A DNA stretch of 54,695 bases, counting the filler, from Circinaria calcarea (Eukaryota): the NCBI GenBank assembly GCA_051942165.1. It is 5 parts of 5 records of this genome, joined end to end, with 100 filler letters (N's around TTAATTAATTAA, not from the genome) between each part and the next. Parts side by side here need not be neighbours in the genome. Positions count along the whole stretch, not along the records: positions 32,889 to 43,747 come from JAVECS010000752.1; positions 43,848 to 54,695 come from JAVECS010000753.1; 3 more parts are not named here. One strand, 5' to 3'. The position numbers were made by a program, and so were the translations under genes. The notes under the pieces were generated by a model. It saw nothing but the letters and a program-made list of their open reading frames with translations. It ran no database searches and was not told the DNA's origin. Positions within the stretch are counted from its first letter, which is position 1. Every line of letters starts with the position of its first letter. Below are positions 35,801 to 44,915 of the stretch, one piece after another.

Positions 35801-37627
35801 TCTTCGAAACCCAAATCATCGCCAAACTCATTATCTGAGGAAACCTCAACGTATTTCTTTGTCTTGGACGCCTCATTGACACCTTGACCCTTTTGAGTAT
35901 TACCAAGGAAATTCAAGTTCTGTTTTAGCGTACACTTTCTACTATCATCGACGTCCATCCCACCACTAGCAGCAGACTGCGGAGCATGAACCGCAACGAC
36001 GCCTTCTAAACTAGCAACAAAGAGCTCGGTGTCATCTTCATCGAAGTCATCATCGAATTCATCGGTGGCATTTAATAGCGGAGACTTCCTAACGTGCTGA
36101 ACATTGTCTGTCGTCAATCGGACTTGTTCGCGAGGATTTGCTGTGTACCCGTATTCCATTTTATTGGGCTTGGAAGGACCAGAAGATGTTGGATGTGTTT
36201 TCTGTACTTCTATATTGCCGGCTCTTGTGACACTCTTGCGATGCTCGGTAGAAGGCCTGACTTTGGAAGCAGGAGAAGGCAGCCGCGTGGTGTGCATGCT
36301 TGCATCGACCTCATCAAATAGGTCGAGATCTATCTCATCATCACCGAATTCGGAAGAAGATTCCTTGTCAACAACATGTCCCTCTTCCTTTGCAATGCTG
36401 ATCCCATGCTGCGAAACTCGACTGACTTGCCTTATCTCCGTGTCTGCTTCATGATCATCTGAGTGAGGCGAGTTTTCACTTGGCGCTGCCTCAAGTCTAG
36501 GAAACGCCGAGGCTTTTGCAGATAAGCTCGGTATTGCGCCAGGTAAAGGGAGGGATGAGCTGGAAGGAGCTGGGTTGTCTGCCAAAACTGGCGGCTTGTT
36601 CAGACTGTCTTGAATTTTCTCCAATAGTAGACTCATGCGGGATATTTTTGAGCTGCCAACATGTTCTACAGCCCCTTCTGCGACAAAATCACTTTTACTT
36701 GCAACTTGACTGCAGCTTTTCCGAATCTTCCTTCGTTTTGCGGCAGAGGTAGGCCACTCAATTCCGCAGCTTATAGACCGTCTTAGACCACTGTCATTGT
36801 TCAGAAGGTGTTTTGCTGGAGTTTGTGGAGAGGATGAATTTAAAAGTTTGGCCACAGCGGAGGCAGATGTACCTTTGGGTGTGTGTTTGTCGGTTGTATT
36901 CAACGAGTATCGACTCCACAGATCTCCTGCAGGGTCTGTTACTGGGGTTTTCAAGGTCGCTTGTAGAGTCTGTAAGTCGAAGGATGTTTTGGTACGCGGA
37001 AGTGGAAAGTGATTTGATACTTCGTTTTGGGATGACGAGTTTACAGACGAGCTTCGAGCTCTCTTTTTACCTCTCCGTGCAGCAGGTGTAACCATTGAGC
37101 TAGTTGGATCAGAGCTATGTGGTGAGTGGTTCCAAAGGATCCGTTCGACAGGAGTAAGACTGAGCCCCATATCGAATGATTCATCCCCAGCACTAATCAG
37201 TTCCGAAAGAGGTACCCTACCCACCGGTGTCTGCGGGTGTTCGCGGCGTTCAGTCCGTGTAGACTTCTGCTGACTCTGAAGGGACGACTGCGGCGATTTC
37301 TGCGACGTGCCCGGCCTGACTGGGTCTCTTGCGCTACCCAGGTTCTCTTTCTCGTTCTCTCCCAGCTCAATACCAACTGGTATTTCCGCGCTCTTTACCA
37401 GTGGGAGTGCTTTCGGCTTGGACCTTGAATTCGACGACGGTGCTATTGGAGGAGCAGGCATAGTCTTAGGGGGAGGGTCCAGTCCTTGTTTGACATGGCA
37501 AGGCTTGTGAGCTTCTTTCCATGATTTTCGGCTCTGAGCAGTGTGTTAGGACATAACCGAACATGATCATGATGGTCTTACTTACAACAGGCTTCTGATC
37601 GAAGAAAGACTTTTGCTTACTGGCCAT
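32889..37627 (-). CDS. DNA2: DNA replication nuclease/helicase Dna2; multi-exon, 3' truncated
   Basis: LILHPDHLISAT..SCTRRAVL, nuclease EEHVWSPMYGLKGNIDA..EVKTG, Fe-S cysteines CGKCYAKIPC, and SF1 helicase motifs GMPGTGKTT, DEASQ, LVGDHYQLPP and QYRM. Confidence 0.95.
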
Positions 37628-37689
37628 CTTCGTGGCGGGGCTAAAGAGCTAAATACCCTGGCAAAGCAGGGAGCATATTGTTGATTTCC

Positions 37690-37731
37690 TCGCGCTCGAA
37701 GTCGCGACGCGTATTCGCGTTGATGAGTCAT
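37690..37731. promoter_or_regulatory. Cluster of CGCG/MCB-like elements (ACGCGT 37707-37712) next to a Gcn4/CpcA consensus ATGAGTCAT (37723-37731) in the DNA2-ODC divergent promoter
   Basis: Four CGCG cores within about 30 bp just upstream of the DNA2 start, followed by an exact ATGAGTCAT. Confidence 0.55.
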
Positions 37732-38212
37732 GTGATAAAGCTCAGTAGTCTGGTACTGTTAGCCACCTTAACCTCCAGACTTCCAGTACCAATAATTCAG
37801 GTATAACAGATCCGCCTATGTGATAGACGTACCGTATCCATATAACCTTTTTCTCTAAGGCCTAAAGAAATCAAATGAATAATTTGGAAGTAAGAGTCCG
37901 AGCATCAAAATAAATCTTCAGCAATGATTTTGAGGCACTCAGGGTGCAATCCGGGGAATCGGCCTTAGCATCTCCGCGGGGAGGGGGTCCGGGGTAAAGG
38001 CTAAGGCTGCGGGCATATGGCCCCTGAGATTGATTAGTACAGTGGTATCGGTAGATAAGCTACGCAGCTTCATCGTTGCGACAACCTTTAACTACAGTCT
38101 CGAAATACATCCAGAGCAAGTCTATTAGAGATTGGACAACCATTCTCAAGACAGCCCTATTTCAATTCCCAACACCCGTACCGCGTCCCCTCCAAACCAT
38201 AACACCACAAAA

Positions 38213-39385
38213 ATGTCGCAAGTATGGTGCTAGAGCTGGGGGTACTTCAAGTACATGATAAGAGCAGAGCTGAATTTGCGTTTAGGAAAAGCCCCTACCC
38301 TTTATCTATCAGTTTGCTGCGGGGGCCGTAGCTGGTGTGTCAGAGGTAAGTGTGAATTCTACGAGACACTTGGTCCGGTACTAACTTTTGACTGTACAGA
38401 TTTTGGTGATGTGAGTAGCCATTGGCTAAGATCCAGATGCGCTGGCTAAATCTTCGACCAGGTACCCTCTCGATGTAGTCAAGACACGAGTGTACGCCCA
38501 TGGAGAAACACGTTTCATGCGATACACGACTGACTTGGCTTAGACAACTTCAACAAGGGAAAGGGGTCGGAGAAGAAGGATACAATGGGATGGTAGACTG
38601 CTTCAGAAAGATCATCAAGAATGAAGGCTTCTCTAGACTATACAGAGGCATCAGCGCGCCAATCATGATGGAAGCACCGAAACGGTGAGCAATGCCCGAG
38701 TCCCATAGTCCCTTGTATTGACATTGTAGGAAGTGCTACCAAGTTCGCGGCAAACGATGAATGGGGCAAGGTCTATCGAAATCTTTTTGGAGCTTCGAAG
38801 ATGGACCAAAAACTCTCGATCCTGACTGGAGCTACTGCAGGCGCTACCGAAGCCTTTGTCGTTGTTCCTTTTGAACTCGTGAAGATCAGATTACAAGACC
38901 GCGCATCGGCAGGAAAGTATAATGGCATGATAGATTGTGTTGCTAAAATCATCAAAGCGGAAGGGCCACTTGCACTATACAACGGCCTCGAGAGTACCTT
39001 ATGGCGTCACGTTCTATGGAATGCGGGTTACTTTGGGTGTATCTTTCAGGTTAGAGAGTTGATCCCCAAGGCAAATGATAAGACTCAACAGATGCGAAAC
39101 GATTTAATAGCCGGCGCGACAGGAGGAACCGTTGGGACAATCCTCAATACACCCATGGATGTTGTCAAATCGAGGATCCAGAACTCACCCAAGATTGTAG
39201 GGTCTATTCCAAAGTACAACTGGGCTTGGCCTGCCATAGGAACGGTCTTGAAGGAGGAAGGCTTTCCAGCATTGTATAAGGGTTTCCTGCCAAAAGTGTT
39301 GAGATTGGGTCCAGGGGGTGGCATCCTACTGGTGGTTTTCACAGGAGTAATGGACTTCTTTAAGAAAATGCGGAGCGATGCATGA
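38213..39385 (+). CDS. ODC2: Mitochondrial 2-oxodicarboxylate carrier (Odc1/Odc2, SLC25A21 family); 6 exons including microexons
   Basis: KPLPFIYQFAAGAVAGVSEILVMYPLDVVKTR, three carrier signatures (PLDVVK, PFELVK, PMDVVK), MEAPKRATKF and KGFLPKVLRLGPGGGILLVVF. Confidence 0.93.
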
Positions 39386-39674
39386 TCTGTGGTTATTCCT
39401 TTGATCCCCGCTTAAATCGATCTGCATAGATATACCAAGTTGAGCACTGTACATATGAGTCGCCGCTCTGCCAGCTTTGGAAGAGGCCATCAAGCCATCA
39501 AAACTCGATGTTAGTCTATAACGTTGTCTGTACCTACCACTTTGTTCGATATGGTACACCAGATCTCCAATATGATTGGGCCGTTATCAAAGTACATAGC
39601 GGCTATTCGGGGCGCCGCTCTTGGTCATTGCTATGCATACTGCTGCCAGGTCGCCTGTTCGCATCGCAACCCTC

Positions 39675-40367
39675 TCAATCAAGTCTCCTCCGGACATCTC
39701 TTCTTTCATCCGTTCCAACACCTCTTACAGCATCCTTGATCAACTCCCTCAGTTCATTCTGCCCTTGCTCTCCCTGGAAATCCTCTCTGGCCGCAAGCTC
39801 CTCGATCCTTCTCCTGAACTCCGGATCTACTGCCTCTTCTCCCTGAGACTCTGGCATTGTAGCATCCATAGTAGCCACGTTCACTGTCACATTAGGAGGC
39901 AACGGTGGCGGATGATGAGATACCCTATTGACTGAGGCGGCAACCCCAATCTCTGCCTGGCGTTCCCCAGATACATTAGTGGCGGGTTCCCGCATTCGAC
40001 TTTCCCGTAGATACTCGGCAATAGTAGGATAGTCTCCCTCGGCCCTGATCTTTTCCTCGGCCGTCATTCCTTCTTCATTGGTGACTGTGGCATCGATCCT
40101 TAATTCGTCGAGCAAGGTTTGCGCAGCCTCAACCGTTTCCACGACGAAGAGAGCGGTCTCACCATCTTCGTCTTTGATATTGACGTCGACATGGAATTCA
40201 CTCACGAGTGTGCGTAAGAGGTCATTATGGTTGTAGGAGGCTGCCGCGTGCATGAGAGAATAGCCGTGCTCATCTTGGGAAGAGGCCAGAGCAGGATTGG
40301 AGCGGAGCAACCGAAGTAGATTGGGATTGTTGTCTGCTGCCAGGAGGAAGAGATTGTCTTGTGCCAT
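39675..40367 (-). CDS. Ankyrin-repeat protein (similar to the yeast YCR051W family), 230 aa, single exon
   Basis: NLFLLAADN, QDEHGYSLMHAAASYNH.DLLRTLV..VDVNIKDEDGETALF and C-terminal DPEFRRRIEELA. Confidence 0.88.
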   Translation of the reverse strand: MAQDNLFLLAADNNPNLLRLLRSNPALASSQDEHGYSLMHAAASYNHNDLLRTLVSEFHVDVNIKDEDGETALFVVETVEAAQTLLDELRIDATVTNEEGMTAEEKIRAEGDYPTIAEYLRESRMREPATNVSGERQAEIGVAASVNRVSHHPPPLPPNVTVNVATMDATMPESQGEEAVDPEFRRRIEELAAREDFQGEQGQNELRELIKDAVRGVGTDERRDVRRRLD

Positions 40368-40794
40368 TGCAATTATTAAGTAACTTGACTACTTGGCTGA
40401 GCTATTTCTCGCTAATAGGAGGACCTCTAATTAATATCACAAGGAGTGAGTTCCCGAAATACGATTAGAGCCACATTGAGGATATTGTTTTCACTCGAGG
40501 GGGTTTTAATATTCGGCCACACTCGGCCACGCCCTTGGGACAGCCTAATCAATCGTTTTTCCAGATATTGGATCTGTTCCTCGAGACCGGTTTGTGTAAC
40601 GGTACTGTAGTTCTTTTTCCGGCGTGGAGGAATTAATTCATCATCCGAATCTTTGGATTTCTTTGATCGAGCTGCAATCCATTTAACTACGGTAAGCCGC
40701 GGCTGCGGCTATAACAGATGAATAGGGCCTCGCTTCTGTGTCCAACGCCTATCAACATCCGCATTTGACTCATACAAAGAGTCATAACAAATCC

Positions 40795-43455
40795 ATGTTG
40801 GGAGCCGGATTGGGCCGACGTTATGCTTTGTTGACCTCAGGCTGCGCTCGACTATTTCAATCCCAATCAGCTGCGTCTTTGCTTCAGCCAAGTCAACTCT
40901 GCACTTTTTCACATTCACATTCCAGATCACTCCTGAGTAGCCATCATCCTCACTTTCAGCTACCTAGACTATTTCGCACACTCTTTACCATGGCTAGTCA
41001 AGATAGTTTTCCATATACGCCCCAGAATCCTGAAGAGGTGGCCACTTTGATTCGTAATCTAGAGTCCGGTACCAAGAAAGGTAAAGGAAGGCATCCTGGA
41101 AAGACCGGGGGTTTCTCCTGCAAAAAATCTACGTTCGAGGTCTCCGGCACCGAGGGGGCGACGGTCGATTCCTGGCGTTTCCAAGACTGGGACTACAAGC
41201 GTGACGATCTACCTACGTACGCTCGGGGCTTGTTCACCCACAAGAAGAAAGACGGTACACCAGAGATCGTCATTCGAGGCTACGACAAATTCTTCAACGT
41301 CGAGGAAGTCAATGACACCCAGTGGCGGAACGTTGAGACCAAGACGAAAGGTCCCTATGAGCTCAGTGTCAAGGAGAATGGTTGCATCATCTTCATCTCT
41401 GGTCTAGAGGACGATGTTTTGCTAGTGTGCAGTAAGCATTCTACCGGGGCACGTCAGGATGCTGATCTCAGTCATGCCGTCGCCGGAGAAAAATGGGTCG
41501 ACAAGCATCTTGCTGCCATTGGGAAAACTAGACAGGACCTGGCAAGAGAGCTCCGAAACAGAAATGCTACTGCTGTTGCCGAGCTCTGTGATGATTCCTT
41601 TGAAGAACATGTCCTTGCTTACGATGAAAAGTCTGCCGGACTCTATCTCCATGGCATCAATCTCAACCTCCCAGAATTTGCCACATACCCTGGTGCCCAA
41701 GTGCACAAGTTCGCTGATGAGTGGGGTATGAAAAAGGCGGAGTTCTTAGTCCAGGATGACATTGAAGTTGTGAAGAAATTTCTCGCAGCTTGCGCTGAGA
41801 CAGGGTCATACGAAGGTAAAGATACCGAAGGTTTTGTCATTCGTTGTCAGAAGCAAGAAGGTGGTAGAGGTGGACCTTTTGTGGATTGGTTCTTCAAGTA
41901 CAAGTTCGAGGAGCCATATCTAATGTACCGACAATGGCGTGAGTGCACCAAAGCGGTCATTTCGGGGAAGGCGCCAAAGTTCAAGAAGCACAAACAGATT
42001 ACCGAAGAGTACCTCTTGTACGCAAGACGACAGCTTGCACAGAACCCCGCTCTTGGTCAAGCATATAACGCGAACCATGGTATTATAGAAATGCGAGAAG
42101 GTTTCCTCAAAGAGCGAGGACTGAAAGGCTCTGATATCATCCGCGAGCAATATGCTGCCGACGGGAATGCACCGGACAACGTAACGAGTAATGTACTGCT
42201 GGTTCCATTGGCCACAATAGGTTGTGGAAAGACCACTGTAGCAGTTGCGCTGACGAAGCTGTTTGACTGGGGTCATATTCAAAACGACAACATCACCGGT
42301 CAGAAAGGACGCCCAAGGCAGTTCGCTATTCAGGTCTGCAATTCGCTAGCAAAACACCCTGTTGTGATTGCGGACCGAAACAACCATCAAAAGCGAGAGA
42401 GGCAACAGATTATTGAAGATGTTGAGCGTGTCATCCCGAGCGTTCGCTTTGTGGCTCTGCACTACGTCCACGATCCCAAAGACGAGATGTTGCCAAAGAT
42501 ACGGAAAATCACACAGCAGAGAGTCTTGGAGAGAGGGGATAATCATCAAACGATTCAAGCGGGCTCCAAATCGAGAGACGAAATTACTAGCATCATGGAA
42601 GGTTTCTTGAAAAGATTCGAACCACTGAATACAGGTGCTGAGCCAGATGCCCGCTTCGACGAGGTGATTGATCTTGATGTCGCGGCGACGTCTCGCCAGA
42701 ATCTGGAGACTGTTGTGAAGGCTCTACATGATGCATTCCCCAAGATTGTGCGTGACATGCCATCGGCAGCTGACCTGGACGAAGCAATAGCATCGGCTAT
42801 GAATGATTATCAGCCTGACGTCAAACATGATTTAAGTTTCCAGTCTAGGAATAAACCCAAGGGCCCGAAGAGAAACAATGACGACCAGTCGCATGGCATG
42901 GACGATTTATCTCTTCAATCGAAGCCCGCCAAGATCGAGTACTTTTGTCTCAAAGTCCCTGCTGCCAAAGTACTTGCAGCTCTCGAGTCGAGTTTCGAAA
43001 ATGAAGACCCTTCCGTTGCACAATTCTACCGTCATCTCCAGCAGACGCGTCGTATACAGCCAAATTTCCATGTGACCTTGATACATCGTGCTTCCATTCC
43101 CCAGCATAAAGACTTATGGGACCGTCTCACATCCCTATACTCCTCAAGCTCGGTCCAGGCCGAATCAGCAGATCCATTGCTGGGTGACTGCCGTGTTCGG
43201 CTTGAGTGGGCGATATGGGACAAGCGAGTCATGTGCATTGTTGCAAGGATCTTGGATGACGGATGGGAAACTGCGAATGCAATGGCTCATATCACCGTGG
43301 GAACCGCCGATGCGAGTATCAAACCGAAAGAAAGCAACGCCCTCCTGGAGAAGTGGTCGCGAGAGGGCGCTGCCGGGGTAAATGGGATACATGAGATCTT
43401 GTTGAAAGGGGGAGGGGAGGTTGTGGCCGAGGCGAGGGCTGTGATGCAGAGGTAA
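40795..43455 (+). CDS. TRL1: Fungal trifunctional tRNA ligase (ligase-kinase-cyclic phosphodiesterase); intronless, in-frame ATGs at 40795 and 40990
   Basis: LPTYARGLF, IRGYDKFFN, ligase motif I KENG, EGFVIR, FFKYKF, P-loop ATIGCGKTT, ADRNNH and two CPDase HxT motifs (FHVTL, AHITVGT). Confidence 0.96.
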   Translation: MLGAGLGRRYALLTSGCARLFQSQSAASLLQPSQLCTFSHSHSRSLLSSHHPHFQLPRLFRTLFTMASQDSFPYTPQNPEEVATLIRNLESGTKKGKGRHPGKTGGFSCKKSTFEVSGTEGATVDSWRFQDWDYKRDDLPTYARGLFTHKKKDGTPEIVIRGYDKFFNVEEVNDTQWRNVETKTKGPYELSVKENGCIIFISGLEDDVLLVCSKHSTGARQDADLSHAVAGEKWVDKHLAAIGKTRQDLARELRNRNATAVAELCDDSFEEHVLAYDEKSAGLYLHGINLNLPEFATYPGAQVHKFADEWGMKKAEFLVQDDIEVVKKFLAACAETGSYEGKDTEGFVIRCQKQEGGRGGPFVDWFFKYKFEEPYLMYRQWRECTKAVISGKAPKFKKHKQITEEYLLYARRQLAQNPALGQAYNANHGIIEMREGFLKERGLKGSDIIREQYAADGNAPDNVTSNVLLVPLATIGCGKTTVAVALTKLFDWGHIQNDNITGQKGRPRQFAIQVCNSLAKHPVVIADRNNHQKRERQQIIEDVERVIPSVRFVALHYVHDPKDEMLPKIRKITQQRVLERGDNHQTIQAGSKSRDEITSIMEGFLKRFEPLNTGAEPDARFDEVIDLDVAATSRQNLETVVKALHDAFPKIVRDMPSAADLDEAIASAMNDYQPDVKHDLSFQSRNKPKGPKRNNDDQSHGMDDLSLQSKPAKIEYFCLKVPAAKVLAALESSFENEDPSVAQFYRHLQQTRRIQPNFHVTLIHRASIPQHKDLWDRLTSLYSSSSVQAESADPLLGDCRVRLEWAIWDKRVMCIVARILDDGWETANAMAHITVGTADASIKPKESNALLEKWSREGAAGVNGIHEILLKGGGEVVAEARAVMQR

Positions 43456-43747
43456 GGGGTGGAATGATTCTAAGAGGGAATGTGACAGAAAGTTTCATGT
43501 ATGATGTTGTATAACGGAAAGATTGACGATTGGCAAGGGCCCGGGCATGGCGGTCTCCCTCTTCTCTAAGTGTCGCTTCAAGCCGCTTTGACTTTGGCTT
43601 GAGCAAGCATGGAATACCCAGCTAGACTACAAAGTAATCTGTAATCTTAGATACCATAAAAAGAATCTCCTCGGTTTTTGCAGAATGGCAGTTAGCCAAG
43701 CTGCCCCGGGTGGGGGGGAGGGGGGGGGGGCTGCCCTTCTCCATGGT

Positions 43748-43847
43748 NNNNNNNNNNNNNNNNNNNNNNNNNNNNNNNNNNNNNNNNNNNNTTAATTAAT
43801 TAANNNNNNNNNNNNNNNNNNNNNNNNNNNNNNNNNNNNNNNNNNNN
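43748..43847. other. Artificial contig linker
   Basis: N44-TTAATTAATTAA-N44. Confidence 0.99.
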
Positions 43848-44264
43848 GAAAAGAACCCTGTTTCGAAACCCGAGCGTTTCCCGTTTTACTTCTCGCTGGA
43901 TCAGAAGAGGAAGAGGAAGAAGGGGTTGCAAAGTCCAAGAAATCCCACTCCCCCAAGAAACAAGAAGAAAAGAAGAAAAACCCTTACATACATACACCTT
44001 TTAGCCATGCCAGGCCAAGCCATGTCACGTCAAATCCAAAACCTAAAATCCGAAGTTAGCAATCAGTAGGGGTTTCAGAAAACGAAAGAAAAAAAATTTA
44101 AAAAACAAAAAAATTTCCCCCTTCCCTATTTCCCTATTTACGCCCAACGCCCAACGCACAACGCACAAGGACAAGGAATTGGAAAATCTTTTAACATCCA
44201 TAATAATACACCTCCAGTTGCCCGGGTTGCCCGGTTTAAGGGGAGGCTCTCGAATTCTACAAAC

Positions 44265-44347
44265 TTTTCCCTTTTCCTTTTCCTTTTCCTTTTCCTTTTC
44301 CTTTTCCTTTTCCTTTTCCTTTTCCTTTTCCTTTTCCTTTTCCTTTT
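44265..44347. repeat. Hexanucleotide microsatellite (TTTTCC)n, about 13 units
   Basis: Read directly; it produces the spurious FSFSFS ORF 44179-44394. Confidence 0.97.
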
Positions 44348-44915
44348 TAAACTATCGTAGCAGTGGCATGGGGGGGTTTGACTTGGGGGATTGAGTATTA
44401 GAATGGGGGTTTATTGGTGGATTGGGGGCTTGGGAATGTGAGCTGTAGTTTGAATTCTTGCCCTTTTTGCTTTTTTTTGGGGGCATCTAACCCCCTTGGA
44501 GCCCTTCCTGACAAAATAAAAGTTTCAATATGACGAGGTTGAGCTAGGTCTGTCTGGCCATGTATCTAGGTAAGATATTCGGTCAACAGCCGATTTGATT
44601 TGATTACCCCCGTTGTACAGATTAGTGCAAAACAAGTACCAATCGATATGAATCCAAGTAAGAGTGAGGATTTATTTGGGGGGTCCCGGAAGAGAGTTTT
44701 CTAAATAAAACAGCTTAGGCGATTCTGCCCCAAGTATTTACAAGTTCTCAACCCCCGCGACGATGCAATCCTGTCCCATTCTTAGCTTCAATCCAGCACA
44801 GGTCAAGAAAGCTGGTCTGGAAAAATATCCTCCCCCGGCGCCTGCTGTGAAAAGACGATCACAACGGTTGAAAATGAAGAAGTGGAAATTAAAACCAGAA
44901 AAACCCACCAAGTCA

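Noticed and set aside
43705..43732. G-run as a functional G-quadruplex
   Set aside because: It is a homopolymer tract at a contig end, so its length is unreliable and it probably caused the assembly break.
44179..44394. ORF with an FSFSFS repeat
   Set aside because: It is a translation of the (TTTTCC)n microsatellite, has a non-ATG start and shows no other coding signal.
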